Positions 7,258 to 18,800 of a stretch of DNA of 35,244 bases are shown here, piece by piece. Origin of the DNA: a virus (Duplodnaviria; Caudoviricetes); IMG/VR virus record IMGVR_UViG_3300032280_000431, positions 1-35,244 of that record. The stretch is one strand, 5' to 3'. A program made the position numbers and the translations under genes. Below the pieces are notes generated by a model, which had not been told where the DNA came from, did no database searches, and saw only the letters and a program-made list of their open reading frames with translations. Numbering within the stretch: the stretch's first letter is position 1; every line of letters starts with the position of its first letter.

Positions 7258-10200
7258 ATGGCAGAGTTTAAGATAACACGATTTAGGTATACTTGGAAAG
7301 ACCAATGGTCTACCGCTGATGTATACAACAAAGATGATGTAATATACTATCAAGGATCCTCTTGGGTCTGTATACGACAACACACAGCTAGTACTTTTGC
7401 CGCAGATCAAGCCTATACAGCTCCCGGAGATACCAATCCAAGTCCAGCATGGACAAAAATGGCAGAAGGTCGCTCGTTTGATGGACCATGGGCAGCTAGT
7501 ACTCTTTACGACCCAGGCATGTTAGTGTATGTGGGAGGAAATGTCTATCTTTGCGTAACTTCTCATACTTCGTCAGCAAATTTTAACAGCGATTTAATTA
7601 GATGGGAATTATTTGCTGTAGGTAGTAACTTTAGAAATACGTGGACTGCTGCTACACGATATAGAGTAGGTGATGTTGTAAGATACAACGGATATACCTA
7701 TCAATGTGCGTTGGAACATACATCTGGCTCTGTATCACAAGGAGTCGTAGTAGGTAACAATGATGGTGACGATGACAGCACTGCTGAAACATGGACAGTG
7801 GCAGTTGAAAATTATACTTATGTTGGAGAATATCAAAGTTCAACAAGATATAGAAAAAACGATCTAGTAAAATATGGCGGCTCAATATTAAAATGTACTA
7901 TAGAACACACTGCTTCGTCTAATATCACTAACTTAAACTTTGAAACATATCTTCCAGGATTTGAATTTGACAATGCATGGAACTCTTCTACCAACTATGC
8001 TATTGGGGATGTAGTAAGATACGGTGGAGTGGTTTATGTAGCAGCGTCAAATAATTCTAACAGTCAACCAGGTATCAATCCAACATTTGATGTTGGTGCT
8101 GGTAATCCTAATTGGACTGTGGTAACTAAAGGTATAAACTTTCGCGGCGAATACGATCCACAAAGTGATGAAGCTTATCAAGAAGGTGATGTTGTTCGTC
8201 GAGGTGGAGCACTATGGGTCAGCTTAACTAACCAGTTCACTGATGATAGTAGTCTTCGACCCTTAGACACTTCTAATTGGCAATTACAGATAGCTGCTCA
8301 AAACTTTAGAGGTTCTTGGAGAGTAGATTCTGATTATAATTTATATGATGTGGTCTATTTCCGAGGAACAGTGTATTATGCAAGTACTCCTCACTACAGC
8401 TTATTTGAAAATTTTCCAGGAGACAACGGAGAAGGATTTGATTATTGGACTATATTATTAATTGGTGATCAAAATGCTGCGCTAACAGTATTGGGTGATT
8501 TAATAACCTATAATCTAAAACGAAATATTTTAGAAGATGGTAGCACACAGTTTACACTAGGCGACGGCAGTACATTCGGAACAACCACAGTTCCTATCGG
8601 CGAAGAAGATCAATTACTGGTAGTGGAAGACAATGCAGGCAGTATTGGTTATAAAACTTGGGGCAACGTTGCAAGAGTATACTATGTTGCCACAGACGGT
8701 GTTGATGATAACACAGACCCAAATAGAGGATTGAACTATTTTAAACCTTTCCGCACTGTGCGCTACGCATTAGAAACTGCAGACGATGGCTTTGCAGGAA
8801 CAACTACAATAAATGTTCGAACAGGGGAATACTACGAAATACTTCCTCTGATTATGCCAGCAAGAACAGCAGTCGTGGGAGAAGAATTAAGATCCACCAC
8901 TATTAGAGCCAGTGAGCCTGCAGTAGAGTTGGTTGACGATCCAGATTATATTTTAGAAACTCTCACAAGAATTGGTACGCTACTCCCAGATATTATTCAA
9001 GGTGTCCCAGTTGCCGTATCTGCAGGAAATATTGAATCTCAAATTACAGGATTTCCTACAACATTTGCTGTTGGTATTGAATCTCCACCTAGAGCATTCC
9101 CTAGTGCAAGTGCAGCAATACCAGTAAATGCAGCCTTGGCTGCAATAATCGATACGATAGGCGCAGAGTTTACCGGTCTAGGCTCTACGCCTGCTGTTAC
9201 CGGATCAAATACTTTAACCTCAAACGAAGAAAGATTAACAGCTGTTGATGTTTTAGAGCTTAACAGAGAATTCATAAAAGCAGAAGCTGTGGCATTTATG
9301 ACTGCGGAAAATCCTCTGTATGTGTTTGACGTTGATCGATACCAATCATTCATAGGTAGATGTATTACCGCAATAAAATATGACTTACAATATCCTGGCA
9401 ATTATAAATCTGTACTAGAAGGCAGATACTATATCAACTTAGTTAATGGAAGTCAATTAGAAGACATGTTCTATGTTAGAGATACTTGTGGTATTAGAAA
9501 TTTAACTCTTAAAGGGCTCGAAGGTACATTACCCGATCTTCAAGCAGGCGAAGTATATAGAATTCCTACAGGTGGCGCATTTGTAAGTTTGGATCCAGGA
9601 TGGGGTCCAGCCGACCAACGTACTTGGGTCATAAACAGAAGCTGTTATGTACAAAACGTAACAACATTTGGGGTTGGCGCAGTAGGACAAAAAGTAGACG
9701 GAGATCTTCATAACGGTGGGAATCGATCAATTGTTTCTAACGACTTCACGCAGGTGATATCAGACGGCATCGGTGCTTGGATGTTAAATGGCGGACGCGG
9801 TGAATTAGTATCTGTGTTTAGTTATTATGCTCACATTGGTATGTTTGCTCAAGACGGAGGTATTATCCGTGCAACCAACGGTAACAGTTCCTATGGTGAC
9901 TTTGGCGCTGTTGCCGACGGTATTGACATTGAAGAAACTGTGAGATTTGGTCAAGTCAACACTAGAACAGAGCAGGCCATCGTGGCTTCAGCGTTTGCTG
10001 GTGAAATTTTAGATTTTATTCTGGCATTTGAATTTAGAAACTGCGGCCAAAATTATACCACAGCCGAATATACAATTACTAGTTCGGGTGCTGGTGCTCA
10101 AGCAATACAAGAAGAATTCCGCGACAACGGCATGTTTGAATGCCAAATTCTTTCAGCAGGCAGCGGATTCGCTCAGTACGGTAACCAAGCACAGTTTGGC

Positions 10201-12822
10201 GGAACATTATCTATTACGCTAGCCTCAGCAGAAACTGTTACTGAAGCTGAAATACTCGGCATGCGAATAATTTTAATATCAGGTGAAGGTACAGGCCAAT
10301 ACGGGTATGTATATTCATACAATCCCTCGACAAAACTATGTACGGTATATAGAGAAAGTGACAATCTACCGGGGTGGGATCATATTGAACCAGGCACACC
10401 ATCAAATCCGCTGCTAACTGCTGGCACACGATATCGTATAGAGCCAAGAATCCAATTCAGTGAACCATCTTATACTGCTACAACAATTACATTGCCTGTA
10501 GCAAATGCGTGGGCCGCTGCAACTTATGGTGAAACCACTGACACATTTACAGGAGTAACTGGTAATTTAGGCACAGGTACAACCATTGAAATAAATCCGT
10601 TCCCTGCAGAATTCACAGTAATAAAGATCGGAAGAACATATTCTGTAACATTATCAAGTGGCGGAGCAGGATATGCTGTTGGTGATGAAATCATTATTGA
10701 CGGTGCAGACGTAGGCGGAAACAGCACAGAACATGATATTTCTATTACTGTGTTATCGATATCAGACGATAGTACTAACAGTATATTGACTTTTAGAATT
10801 ACTGATGATACATTGATTGCCGATAGCGGTAAATTCATCTTAACACCATCTAGCGGACATTTTTCTAGATACTCATCCGACGGCGAAACATGGACTAGTT
10901 TTGATCTTCCTACAGACGGTAATTGGAAATGTTTGGCAGCAGGTGATAATAAATTTGTTGCAATTGCCAACGGTACTAATCAAGCAGCCAGCAGCACCAA
11001 CGGTATAGATTGGATCGCTAGAACTATGCCAAGTTCTAGAAACTGGAACGGTGTTGCCTACGGTAAGCCTTCTATAACATCTATAGGCGTATTTGTAGCA
11101 GTAGCAGGAAATTTAAATTCCGCAGCTTATTCTACGAATGGCACAAATTGGACAGCATCTACAATGCCAACATTTGGTGATTCTACTCTTAATGAGTGGG
11201 TTGATATTACTTTTGGTTTAGATAAATTTGTAGCTTTAGCGAATTCTGGAAATATAGCGGCCGTAGGAACATGGAATGGTACTACTCTTACCTGGCAAGG
11301 TACGATTATGGATGTGGTCGCAGATTCTTCGGCAAAAGACTGGGTATCTGTGGCCTACGGTAACAAGAGATTTGTTGCTATCAGTAGCACTGGTGACGTG
11401 GCCTATAGTTTTGACAGCCTAAACTGGTTACCAGCTACTATGCCATCACAAGATGGATCGACTGCGCACAATTGGAAACAGATTAGATACGGTCAAGGAG
11501 TTTTCTTTGCAGTAGGAGATACTGGATCAAAGACTATCGGAGCAGAACCTACAACTGGGCCGACAACATACGCCGCTACTTCTTATGACGGCATTGTATG
11601 GACTCCTAGAACTTTAGACTCGGAACAGAATTGGGGAGTGGTTGCATTCGGCAATCCAGATATTACACTAGGAGACAGTACACTATCTAATAACAAACCA
11701 ACATTCATCGTTGCACCTACCGACTCTACAACTACTCTTAATCGAGTGTATACCGGTGCTAGAGCATTGGGTAGGGTAGTGGTTGGAGGTATTGGCGTAG
11801 ACTTTATAAAAATTTGGGAACCAGGCAGCGGTTATACATCGGATCCTATAATGACTTTGACTAGCCCAGGCAAAACATTAGATCCTACATATAAACCGAG
11901 ATTAGAAGACGGTGTTCTGGCCCAGCCAACATTGATTGCCAAAGGTACTGCTTACAAAACCAGCACCACTTCGGTGACTGTGCTAGGAGATGGCTTTGCA
12001 GATATAATACCAGTTGGTAGATTTGTAACTGTGGACGATTTAGATTTTGTACCAGGGCCTGGCGCACAATTTTATATTGGAGGGAGGTCAGATTATTTTG
12101 TTGCGGTAATTGTGGGAATAAATGAACAAATATTACCTAACGGAAAAATACGATCAACATTCCAGCTCAGCCCTAGACCCGATCTAGCAGATTATCTAGA
12201 ACACGGAATGGAGGTTCTTATTAGAGAACGGTACAGTCAAGTTCGTATTACTGGACATGACTTCTTAGATATAGGAACAGGAAATTTTGAAGAAACTAAC
12301 TACCCTGTTAATTACAAAGATTTTGATTTTACAACAGAACCATTTCAGGAAGTTCAAAATCTCAACGGCGGACGAGTATTTTACACAAGCACCGACCAAG
12401 ACGGTAACTTCCGTGCAGGTGAACAGTTTGCTGTAGAACAGGCCACAGGTGTTATTACAATTAGTGCAGATTTCTTTGATCTAGCAGGATTGACAGAATT
12501 AAGATTGGCTGGTATAAACGTAGGATCAACTGCGGTAATTAGAGAGTTCTCTAAGGATGGTTTATTTTTACAGAATTCAAATAATGTGATTCCAACTCAA
12601 CGTGCAATTAGAACCTATTTGAATTCTAGATTAAACGTTGGAGGAGAGGATTTGTTAACCCCTAGCATTATTGCAGGTACAGTAAAAGTAGGACCGAACT
12701 TGATCGATAATACAGCAGCAATAACTATAGATGTTCCAGTAATAGCAGATTTTTCAGGAGACGGCGCAGGAGTCGGCGGAAGTTTAGTAGCGCAGACTAT
12801 GTTTGCCAGAAGTTTCAAATAA
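7258..12822 (+). CDS. Giant virion fibre/baseplate-like protein 1 (CBM5/12-like repeats, pectin-lyase-like beta-helix, beta-propeller-like repeats)
   Basis: 1854 aa; 7 N-terminal W-x5-Y-x2-(G)D-V-V-x-YGG repeats; YYVATDG..PFRTVRYA..INVRTGEY.E beta-helix cap; W-x2-VAYG-x2-FVA repeats; C-terminus shared with the 12849 protein. Confidence 0.8.
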   Translation: MAEFKITRFRYTWKDQWSTADVYNKDDVIYYQGSSWVCIRQHTASTFAADQAYTAPGDTNPSPAWTKMAEGRSFDGPWAASTLYDPGMLVYVGGNVYLCVTSHTSSANFNSDLIRWELFAVGSNFRNTWTAATRYRVGDVVRYNGYTYQCALEHTSGSVSQGVVVGNNDGDDDSTAETWTVAVENYTYVGEYQSSTRYRKNDLVKYGGSILKCTIEHTASSNITNLNFETYLPGFEFDNAWNSSTNYAIGDVVRYGGVVYVAASNNSNSQPGINPTFDVGAGNPNWTVVTKGINFRGEYDPQSDEAYQEGDVVRRGGALWVSLTNQFTDDSSLRPLDTSNWQLQIAAQNFRGSWRVDSDYNLYDVVYFRGTVYYASTPHYSLFENFPGDNGEGFDYWTILLIGDQNAALTVLGDLITYNLKRNILEDGSTQFTLGDGSTFGTTTVPIGEEDQLLVVEDNAGSIGYKTWGNVARVYYVATDGVDDNTDPNRGLNYFKPFRTVRYALETADDGFAGTTTINVRTGEYYEILPLIMPARTAVVGEELRSTTIRASEPAVELVDDPDYILETLTRIGTLLPDIIQGVPVAVSAGNIESQITGFPTTFAVGIESPPRAFPSASAAIPVNAALAAIIDTIGAEFTGLGSTPAVTGSNTLTSNEERLTAVDVLELNREFIKAEAVAFMTAENPLYVFDVDRYQSFIGRCITAIKYDLQYPGNYKSVLEGRYYINLVNGSQLEDMFYVRDTCGIRNLTLKGLEGTLPDLQAGEVYRIPTGGAFVSLDPGWGPADQRTWVINRSCYVQNVTTFGVGAVGQKVDGDLHNGGNRSIVSNDFTQVISDGIGAWMLNGGRGELVSVFSYYAHIGMFAQDGGIIRATNGNSSYGDFGAVADGIDIEETVRFGQVNTRTEQAIVASAFAGEILDFILAFEFRNCGQNYTTAEYTITSSGAGAQAIQEEFRDNGMFECQILSAGSGFAQYGNQAQFGGTLSITLASAETVTEAEILGMRIILISGEGTGQYGYVYSYNPSTKLCTVYRESDNLPGWDHIEPGTPSNPLLTAGTRYRIEPRIQFSEPSYTATTITLPVANAWAAATYGETTDTFTGVTGNLGTGTTIEINPFPAEFTVIKIGRTYSVTLSSGGAGYAVGDEIIIDGADVGGNSTEHDISITVLSISDDSTNSILTFRITDDTLIADSGKFILTPSSGHFSRYSSDGETWTSFDLPTDGNWKCLAAGDNKFVAIANGTNQAASSTNGIDWIARTMPSSRNWNGVAYGKPSITSIGVFVAVAGNLNSAAYSTNGTNWTASTMPTFGDSTLNEWVDITFGLDKFVALANSGNIAAVGTWNGTTLTWQGTIMDVVADSSAKDWVSVAYGNKRFVAISSTGDVAYSFDSLNWLPATMPSQDGSTAHNWKQIRYGQGVFFAVGDTGSKTIGAEPTTGPTTYAATSYDGIVWTPRTLDSEQNWGVVAFGNPDITLGDSTLSNNKPTFIVAPTDSTTTLNRVYTGARALGRVVVGGIGVDFIKIWEPGSGYTSDPIMTLTSPGKTLDPTYKPRLEDGVLAQPTLIAKGTAYKTSTTSVTVLGDGFADIIPVGRFVTVDDLDFVPGPGAQFYIGGRSDYFVAVIVGINEQILPNGKIRSTFQLSPRPDLADYLEHGMEVLIRERYSQVRITGHDFLDIGTGNFEETNYPVNYKDFDFTTEPFQEVQNLNGGRVFYTSTDQDGNFRAGEQFAVEQATGVITISADFFDLAGLTELRLAGINVGSTAVIREFSKDGLFLQNSNNVIPTQRAIRTYLNSRLNVGGEDLLTPSIIAGTVKVGPNLIDNTAAITIDVPVIADFSGDGAGVGGSLVAQTMFARSFK
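7294..8450 (+). repeat. Seven ~50-aa CBM5/12-like protein repeats
   Basis: Examples: WTAATRYRVGDVVRYNGYTYQC and WNSSTNYAIGDVVRYGGVVYVA. Confidence 0.75.
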
Positions 12823-12823
12823 G

Positions 12824-12830
12824 ATAAATA
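12824..12830 (+). promoter_or_regulatory. Late promoter core ATAAATA
   Basis: GATAAATA between the two giant genes, followed by SD GGAG. Confidence 0.65.
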
Positions 12831-12848
12831 TCACAAGCGGAGTTAATA

Positions 12849-15800
12849 ATGGCAGAATTTAAATTAGGTAGAATTAGATTTGTATGGAAGGCAGCTTGGG
12901 CAACCAGCACTACATACTACAAAGACGATGTAGTGAGATTTGGCGGCAAAGTATATGTCTGCCAGATAGGTCATACTGCGTCTGCTGATTTTAACACAGA
13001 TCTAGACATAAATCCCACCAAGTGGAATTTAATGAGCGACGGCCAGCGTTGGAGAGACGAATGGTCTGTTGCTGCCACATATGAAGAAGGTGACCTAGTA
13101 AAATATGGTGGAACTATCTATATTTGTATAAACGGTCACGTGTCAGCTGCCACTGCTGCACTGGGACTAGAAGCCAACTCTGGAAATTGGAATCAATTTG
13201 TTGAAGGCACAGACTGGAAGGGTGTGTGGGCTATATCAACTAGATACAAACTCAACGACATTGTAAGATACGGTGGTATTAACTACATTTGTATCACAGG
13301 CCACACAAGTGCTGCTACTGCTGCACTAGGATTAGAAAATGCATCTGCTAACTGGCAGGTGTATTCTCAGGGTCAAGAATATCTAGGAACTTGGGTAACC
13401 GCTACCCGTTATAAATTAAATGACATAGTAAAATACGGTGCTGGACTATGGATCTGTACAACTCAACATTCAGCCGGTGCTACATTTGCAGGCGATGCCG
13501 CAAACTGGGCACAGTATGTTGAAGGTTTTGAATACGAAAATGAGTGGAATCCAGCAACGGCCTATCAACCAGGCGATGTGGTCAAGTATGGTGGAAACAA
13601 TTACATATCTAAAACACAACATACAGATTCGTTTGTTCCCTCAAGTGTTGGCTCTGCAAACTGGGATCTATTCTCTGAAGGCCTAAGCTATCAAGGAGAT
13701 TGGTCTAATACAACTTCTTATAACATAGGTGAAGTTGTTAAGTTAAACGGCTATAACTATTTGGCTGTCACAGACAGTCCAAGTACAACATTTACAGTTA
13801 CCGCAGTTGTAGCATCTACTGACACATTTACTATAGCTGATACCACAGGCATCGTAGTAGGGATGACTGTGAGATTTACAGGTACTACCTTCGGTGGAGT
13901 GTTTACCTCCGGCAGATACTATGTTAAAACTGTAGCTGCGGGTAATATCACAATCAGCACCACATCCGGTGGAACAACATTTAATGTCACAGCAAATGCC
14001 AGCGGCACGATGACCGCTACAGTTTCTGCAGAGCCACCAAACACAACTTATTGGGCAGCAATCAGTCACGGTATGTACTGGAGAGGTGATTGGGCCGATG
14101 ACGTAGAATATAACATTGGTGACACAGTTAAGCATGGCGCAAACTCTTATATTTGCGTATTAGGCCATAGATCAGAAGCAGATGACGGGTCTACACTAGG
14201 AACACAAGGCGGTGGACAGGCAAATAGCCGTCCAGATTTGGATACTACTGGTACGTATTGGAATGCATTGACTATAGGCAGTGAACTATCAGTGTTGACA
14301 ACTGTTGGTGATATGGTATATTACGGCGGCGCTGGCCCAACAAGATTACCTGTAGGAGCAGAAGGTCAAGTATTGAGAGTTAGTTCAGCAGGCATTCCAG
14401 AATGGGTAACACTAGGCGAGATACAAAATGTCTACTATGTTTCTCCACAAGGAGAGGATCGTCCTTACCCTGCATGTGGTAATACCTTAGATAAACCTTG
14501 GCAGACTATTCGCTATGCCTGCGAACAGATTGAAAAAGGTCCACGTAATCCTAACGCACAACATTTACTAGAATTAAATCGTGCATTTATACAAAAAGAA
14601 ATTTCAGCATGGATACGTGCTCAAATTACTGGAAACATTGCACCATTTACATCTAGCTTTGATTACGACGAATACAAGTGTGAACGAGATGTTGGATTTA
14701 TCATTGATAGATTGATCTGGGACCTTGGACACGACGGCAATTTAAAAATGCGTGCCGCAGCTTTTAGCTTGCTAGGAGCATTTGGCGAAGCTGGCGAATT
14801 TTCAGCACCAGAAGAAAGCACCCCATATGTAACACTGGCTGCAGAAGCAGACGAAGGTGTTGCAGCTTACGAGCAATTAAAATTGCTAGTAGCAGATGTG
14901 TTAGCTAATGAAGTTCCTAGCACAGTTTATCAAAATGTTGGTCAAGACTCAACAGCAGTAGTCGATCAATATATCAACACTGACTATGTGGCTGAAACTG
15001 GTATTACTACTACCACAGATAGTCTTATTGATATTGTTATAACTGCACTAACAGATCAGGTTACTACTAATCTGCCAGCAAGACGTGTGCCTAACAATAC
15101 AATTAATATCAAGACAGGACAGTACAGAGAAACATTACCTATTATTGTTCCAGCGGAAACTGCACTAGTCGGTGACGAAAAACGTTCGGTGAATGCTGGC
15201 CCAGCAGGCAGTTTAATCAGCAAGGATGATGCAAGATACAGTATAGGTGCATTGGGCCGATTAGAAACTGTAGTTGGACAAATAATACTAGGCACTAATG
15301 TAACTGAAAGCGCAGGTAATACTCGAGTTCAAAGTGCAGCGTTTCCTTTTGCAAGCTCTGTAGAAGAAACCACTATTAAACGTCTAGTAAGAACCATCCA
15401 ACACCAGATTGATTTTAAAATTGGAACTACTCACATGGAGAGTTCTGCAAATCCTACAGGATATAATACTACATTCCTAACAGGGTTTGGTGATGCAAGA
15501 ACTCTAATACGCGAAAACAAAGAATTTATCAAGGAAGAAATCACCGCCTATTTGACTGCAAATTTCAGTTCAGTAAAATATAGCAAGACTAAATGCAAAC
15601 GGGATGTAGGTTTTATCATTGATGCTATGATCTATGATTTAACCTATGGCGGAAAGTGGGCCACTCTTAACGCAGGTACAGCATACTTCGACGGTGATAA
15701 TAGTACTGATCTACAGATTGACAACTCAGAAATTGCCGCTACCGTATCCGCTTACGGCAGATTAAAAACAGTGGTACAGCAGATCATTGCTAACACCACA

Positions 15801-18800
15801 GTAACTAAATCTGCTACCAACACTGCCACTCAATGGACTGACAGCACAAATCTAGCAGGCGGTGCCGCTGCCAATGCCACAGTAGGAGGATTGGTAGATA
15901 TCATTACCAACATCATTCAAGGTGACAGCACAGAAAGCACAACTCCGCAGATCAATGTAACCACCATAGCCACATTAAACACACTGACTTCTACAGCACA
16001 CGGACTAGCAGTAGGCGATGCAGTGGTTCCAAGAATCACTGCCAACGGACTAGTCAACGGAACAAAATATTGGGTAGTAACAGTCGCTGATGCTAACACA
16101 TTCCAACTTGCAGCCACATACGGCGGTAGCGTATTAGCTTCATTCACCAACGGTGCCAGCCTTGACATTGATTTAGAAATCATAGATTACCCCACAGCAA
16201 CCAATGCTGTGACTTCGACTACTGCATTGATCACAGCCGCGGTGACATTAGATGCTGCACAAGAAACCATAGTCACTGCTGCCACTGCTTATATCGTTGC
16301 TAACTATCCAGCATTGGTATACAACTCAGCTAAATGTGAGAGAGATGTAAGATTGATTCTTGAAGCAGTGATGTTTGACTTTATGTTTAACAGCAACTTT
16401 AAAACTAGAGAAGCTGCATACTCATATTTGAGAGCTACGGCTGCTGATGTATTCAGTTTAAATCAGAAAACAGCTACTCGCGCATCATTTAGTTATGTGG
16501 CTACCTTGGCAGCAGCTAATGTAGGCGGCAATGCCACAGCACAAGCTAGAATTTCTACACTAATGACTCTGTTAGACGACATTGTCTACGGTGCAACCAA
16601 CGAAGGTTCAATATGTCAGACCGACATAAGATCGGCAGACTGGGCAAGACTGCAGTTAGAACGCAATAGAGAATACATTGTTGCAGAAATCACAGCCTAC
16701 GGCGCAGCAACCTATACCACTTCGGTAACTGCAACAGCAGCTGATGTATTCACTTGCGCAGATACTAGTTGGATGCAGCGTAATGCACCAATTAGATTTA
16801 CAGGTACGGTGTTTGGTGGAGTAAGTACTGGTACAACATATTATATTCAAAACGTTGTAAGCTCTACTACCTTTAAGATAGCCGCAACAAGAAATTCAAA
16901 CACTGCGTTTGGCCTGTCAACAGTACCATCTGGGGCTATGACAGTAAGTTTATATTATCCAGTAGGAGAATGTGAGCGCGATGTTAATGCTTATATTGAT
17001 GCATTAAAATTTGATTTACAATATCCTGGCAACTACAAGTCAAGATTTGCAGCAAGATACTATGCTAATGCAGTCAATGGAAGTCTAGAAGAAGACATGT
17101 ATTATCTACGTAACGGTACCGGTGTGCGTAATCAGACTCTTCAAGGACTCACAGGAGATCTACTAGCTCCGAACGAGTTCGGAACATCGAGAGTAAGTGC
17201 TGGCGCATACTGCTCGCTAGATCCAGGTTGGGGTCCAGCTGATTTCCGCACATGGATCATCGGACGTTCACCATATGTACAAAACGTAGCAACATTCGGA
17301 TATGCTGCAATCGGACAGAAGATTGATGGTGCCTTGCATGCTGGTGGCAATGATTCTATCGTATCCAACGACTTTACCCAGATCATATCAGATGGTATCG
17401 GTGCATGGGTAACTAATAATGGACGTGCTGAATTAGTTTCAGTGTTCTCATACTATGCACACATTGGATATCTAAGCGAAAATGGCGGACGTATTCGCGG
17501 TACCAACGGTAACAATTCCTACGGTGACTTCGGATCTGTGGCAGAAGGATTTGACGCAACAGAAACTCCGATTCTTTGCGAAGTCGACAACACTGCATTT
17601 AGAGCCACAGTGGGATCGGTAATCACCGACGGCGTTGATAAAATTTGGCAATTTGAATACGACAACGCTGGTGCAGACTACACCGAACTAGAGTGGTCAG
17701 TATCAGGTGGCGGCACTGGCATTGCAACTGAACAAGATGATTTCCGTGATGGTGCGGTATTCCAAGTTAGATTATTAGACAATACAGATGATAGCACAAC
17801 CGCAGAAGAAATAGATGGAAACTTTGGCGGTATCGGGTATATTTCTAATGCCAATACTGCGCAGAGCGGTACAACAACACAATTAACTCTAGCAGCTACC
17901 GACGATGAAATCACTGGTGCCTATGTAGGTATGAAGTTGATAGTAACATCTGGCGCAGGCGCAGGTCAGGTTGGTATAATATCTGCATTTACAGCTGGTA
18001 CTAAAATAGCCACCGTAACTAAAGAAAGCACTGGTGCTGCAGGCTGGGATCATTTGGTTCCAGGAACTGCTATTGTTGCTCCTGATGCATCGTCAACATA
18101 TATAGTTGAGCCAAGAGTTTCATTTACTGCACCAACATACAGTTCCACTGCAAGAACATTGGCCACAGCACAAACATATACCGATGCTGCATATGCTCCA
18201 ACTTTTGCAGTGTACTCGCCGATCTCGTCTACAACCAGCGGCAGTGGCACGTCAGCCACATTCACTGCGGTGCGAAAAGGAACAAAATATACTGCTGTTA
18301 ATATCTTTGCCGCAGGTACAGGCTATGCAAGACTAGATACAGTTACAGTTGCTGGCACAAGTCTAGGCGGTGCGAGTCCTGCTAATAACATTACTATTAC
18401 TGTAACGGCAGTTAACTCTACAACCGGGGAAATTACTGCATTTGAATTTGCAGGAGTGGGAGCAGGTGGAAGTTTCGTAGCCGTAGCCAGTGGTTCAAGA
18501 ACCACTAACACTTCTGTAAACGGTACAGCATGGAGTGAAAACTTACTGGCATTACCCAGCACATCCAACTGGACTTCAGTGGCGTCGGGCAAACTAACCG
18601 TGGTGGAAACTGCTGGTTCATTTGTAGTTGGTAGATCGTATCGCATAACTTCATTAGGTAACACCGTGTACACCAGCATTGGTGCAGCAGCAAATCTAGT
18701 AGGCACATACTTTGTAGCCACAGGTGCAGGTTCTGGATCAGGTACTGCAACACCAGTGGCCAATCATTTGGTAGCTGTTTCCTCTAGCACAACAGTAAAC

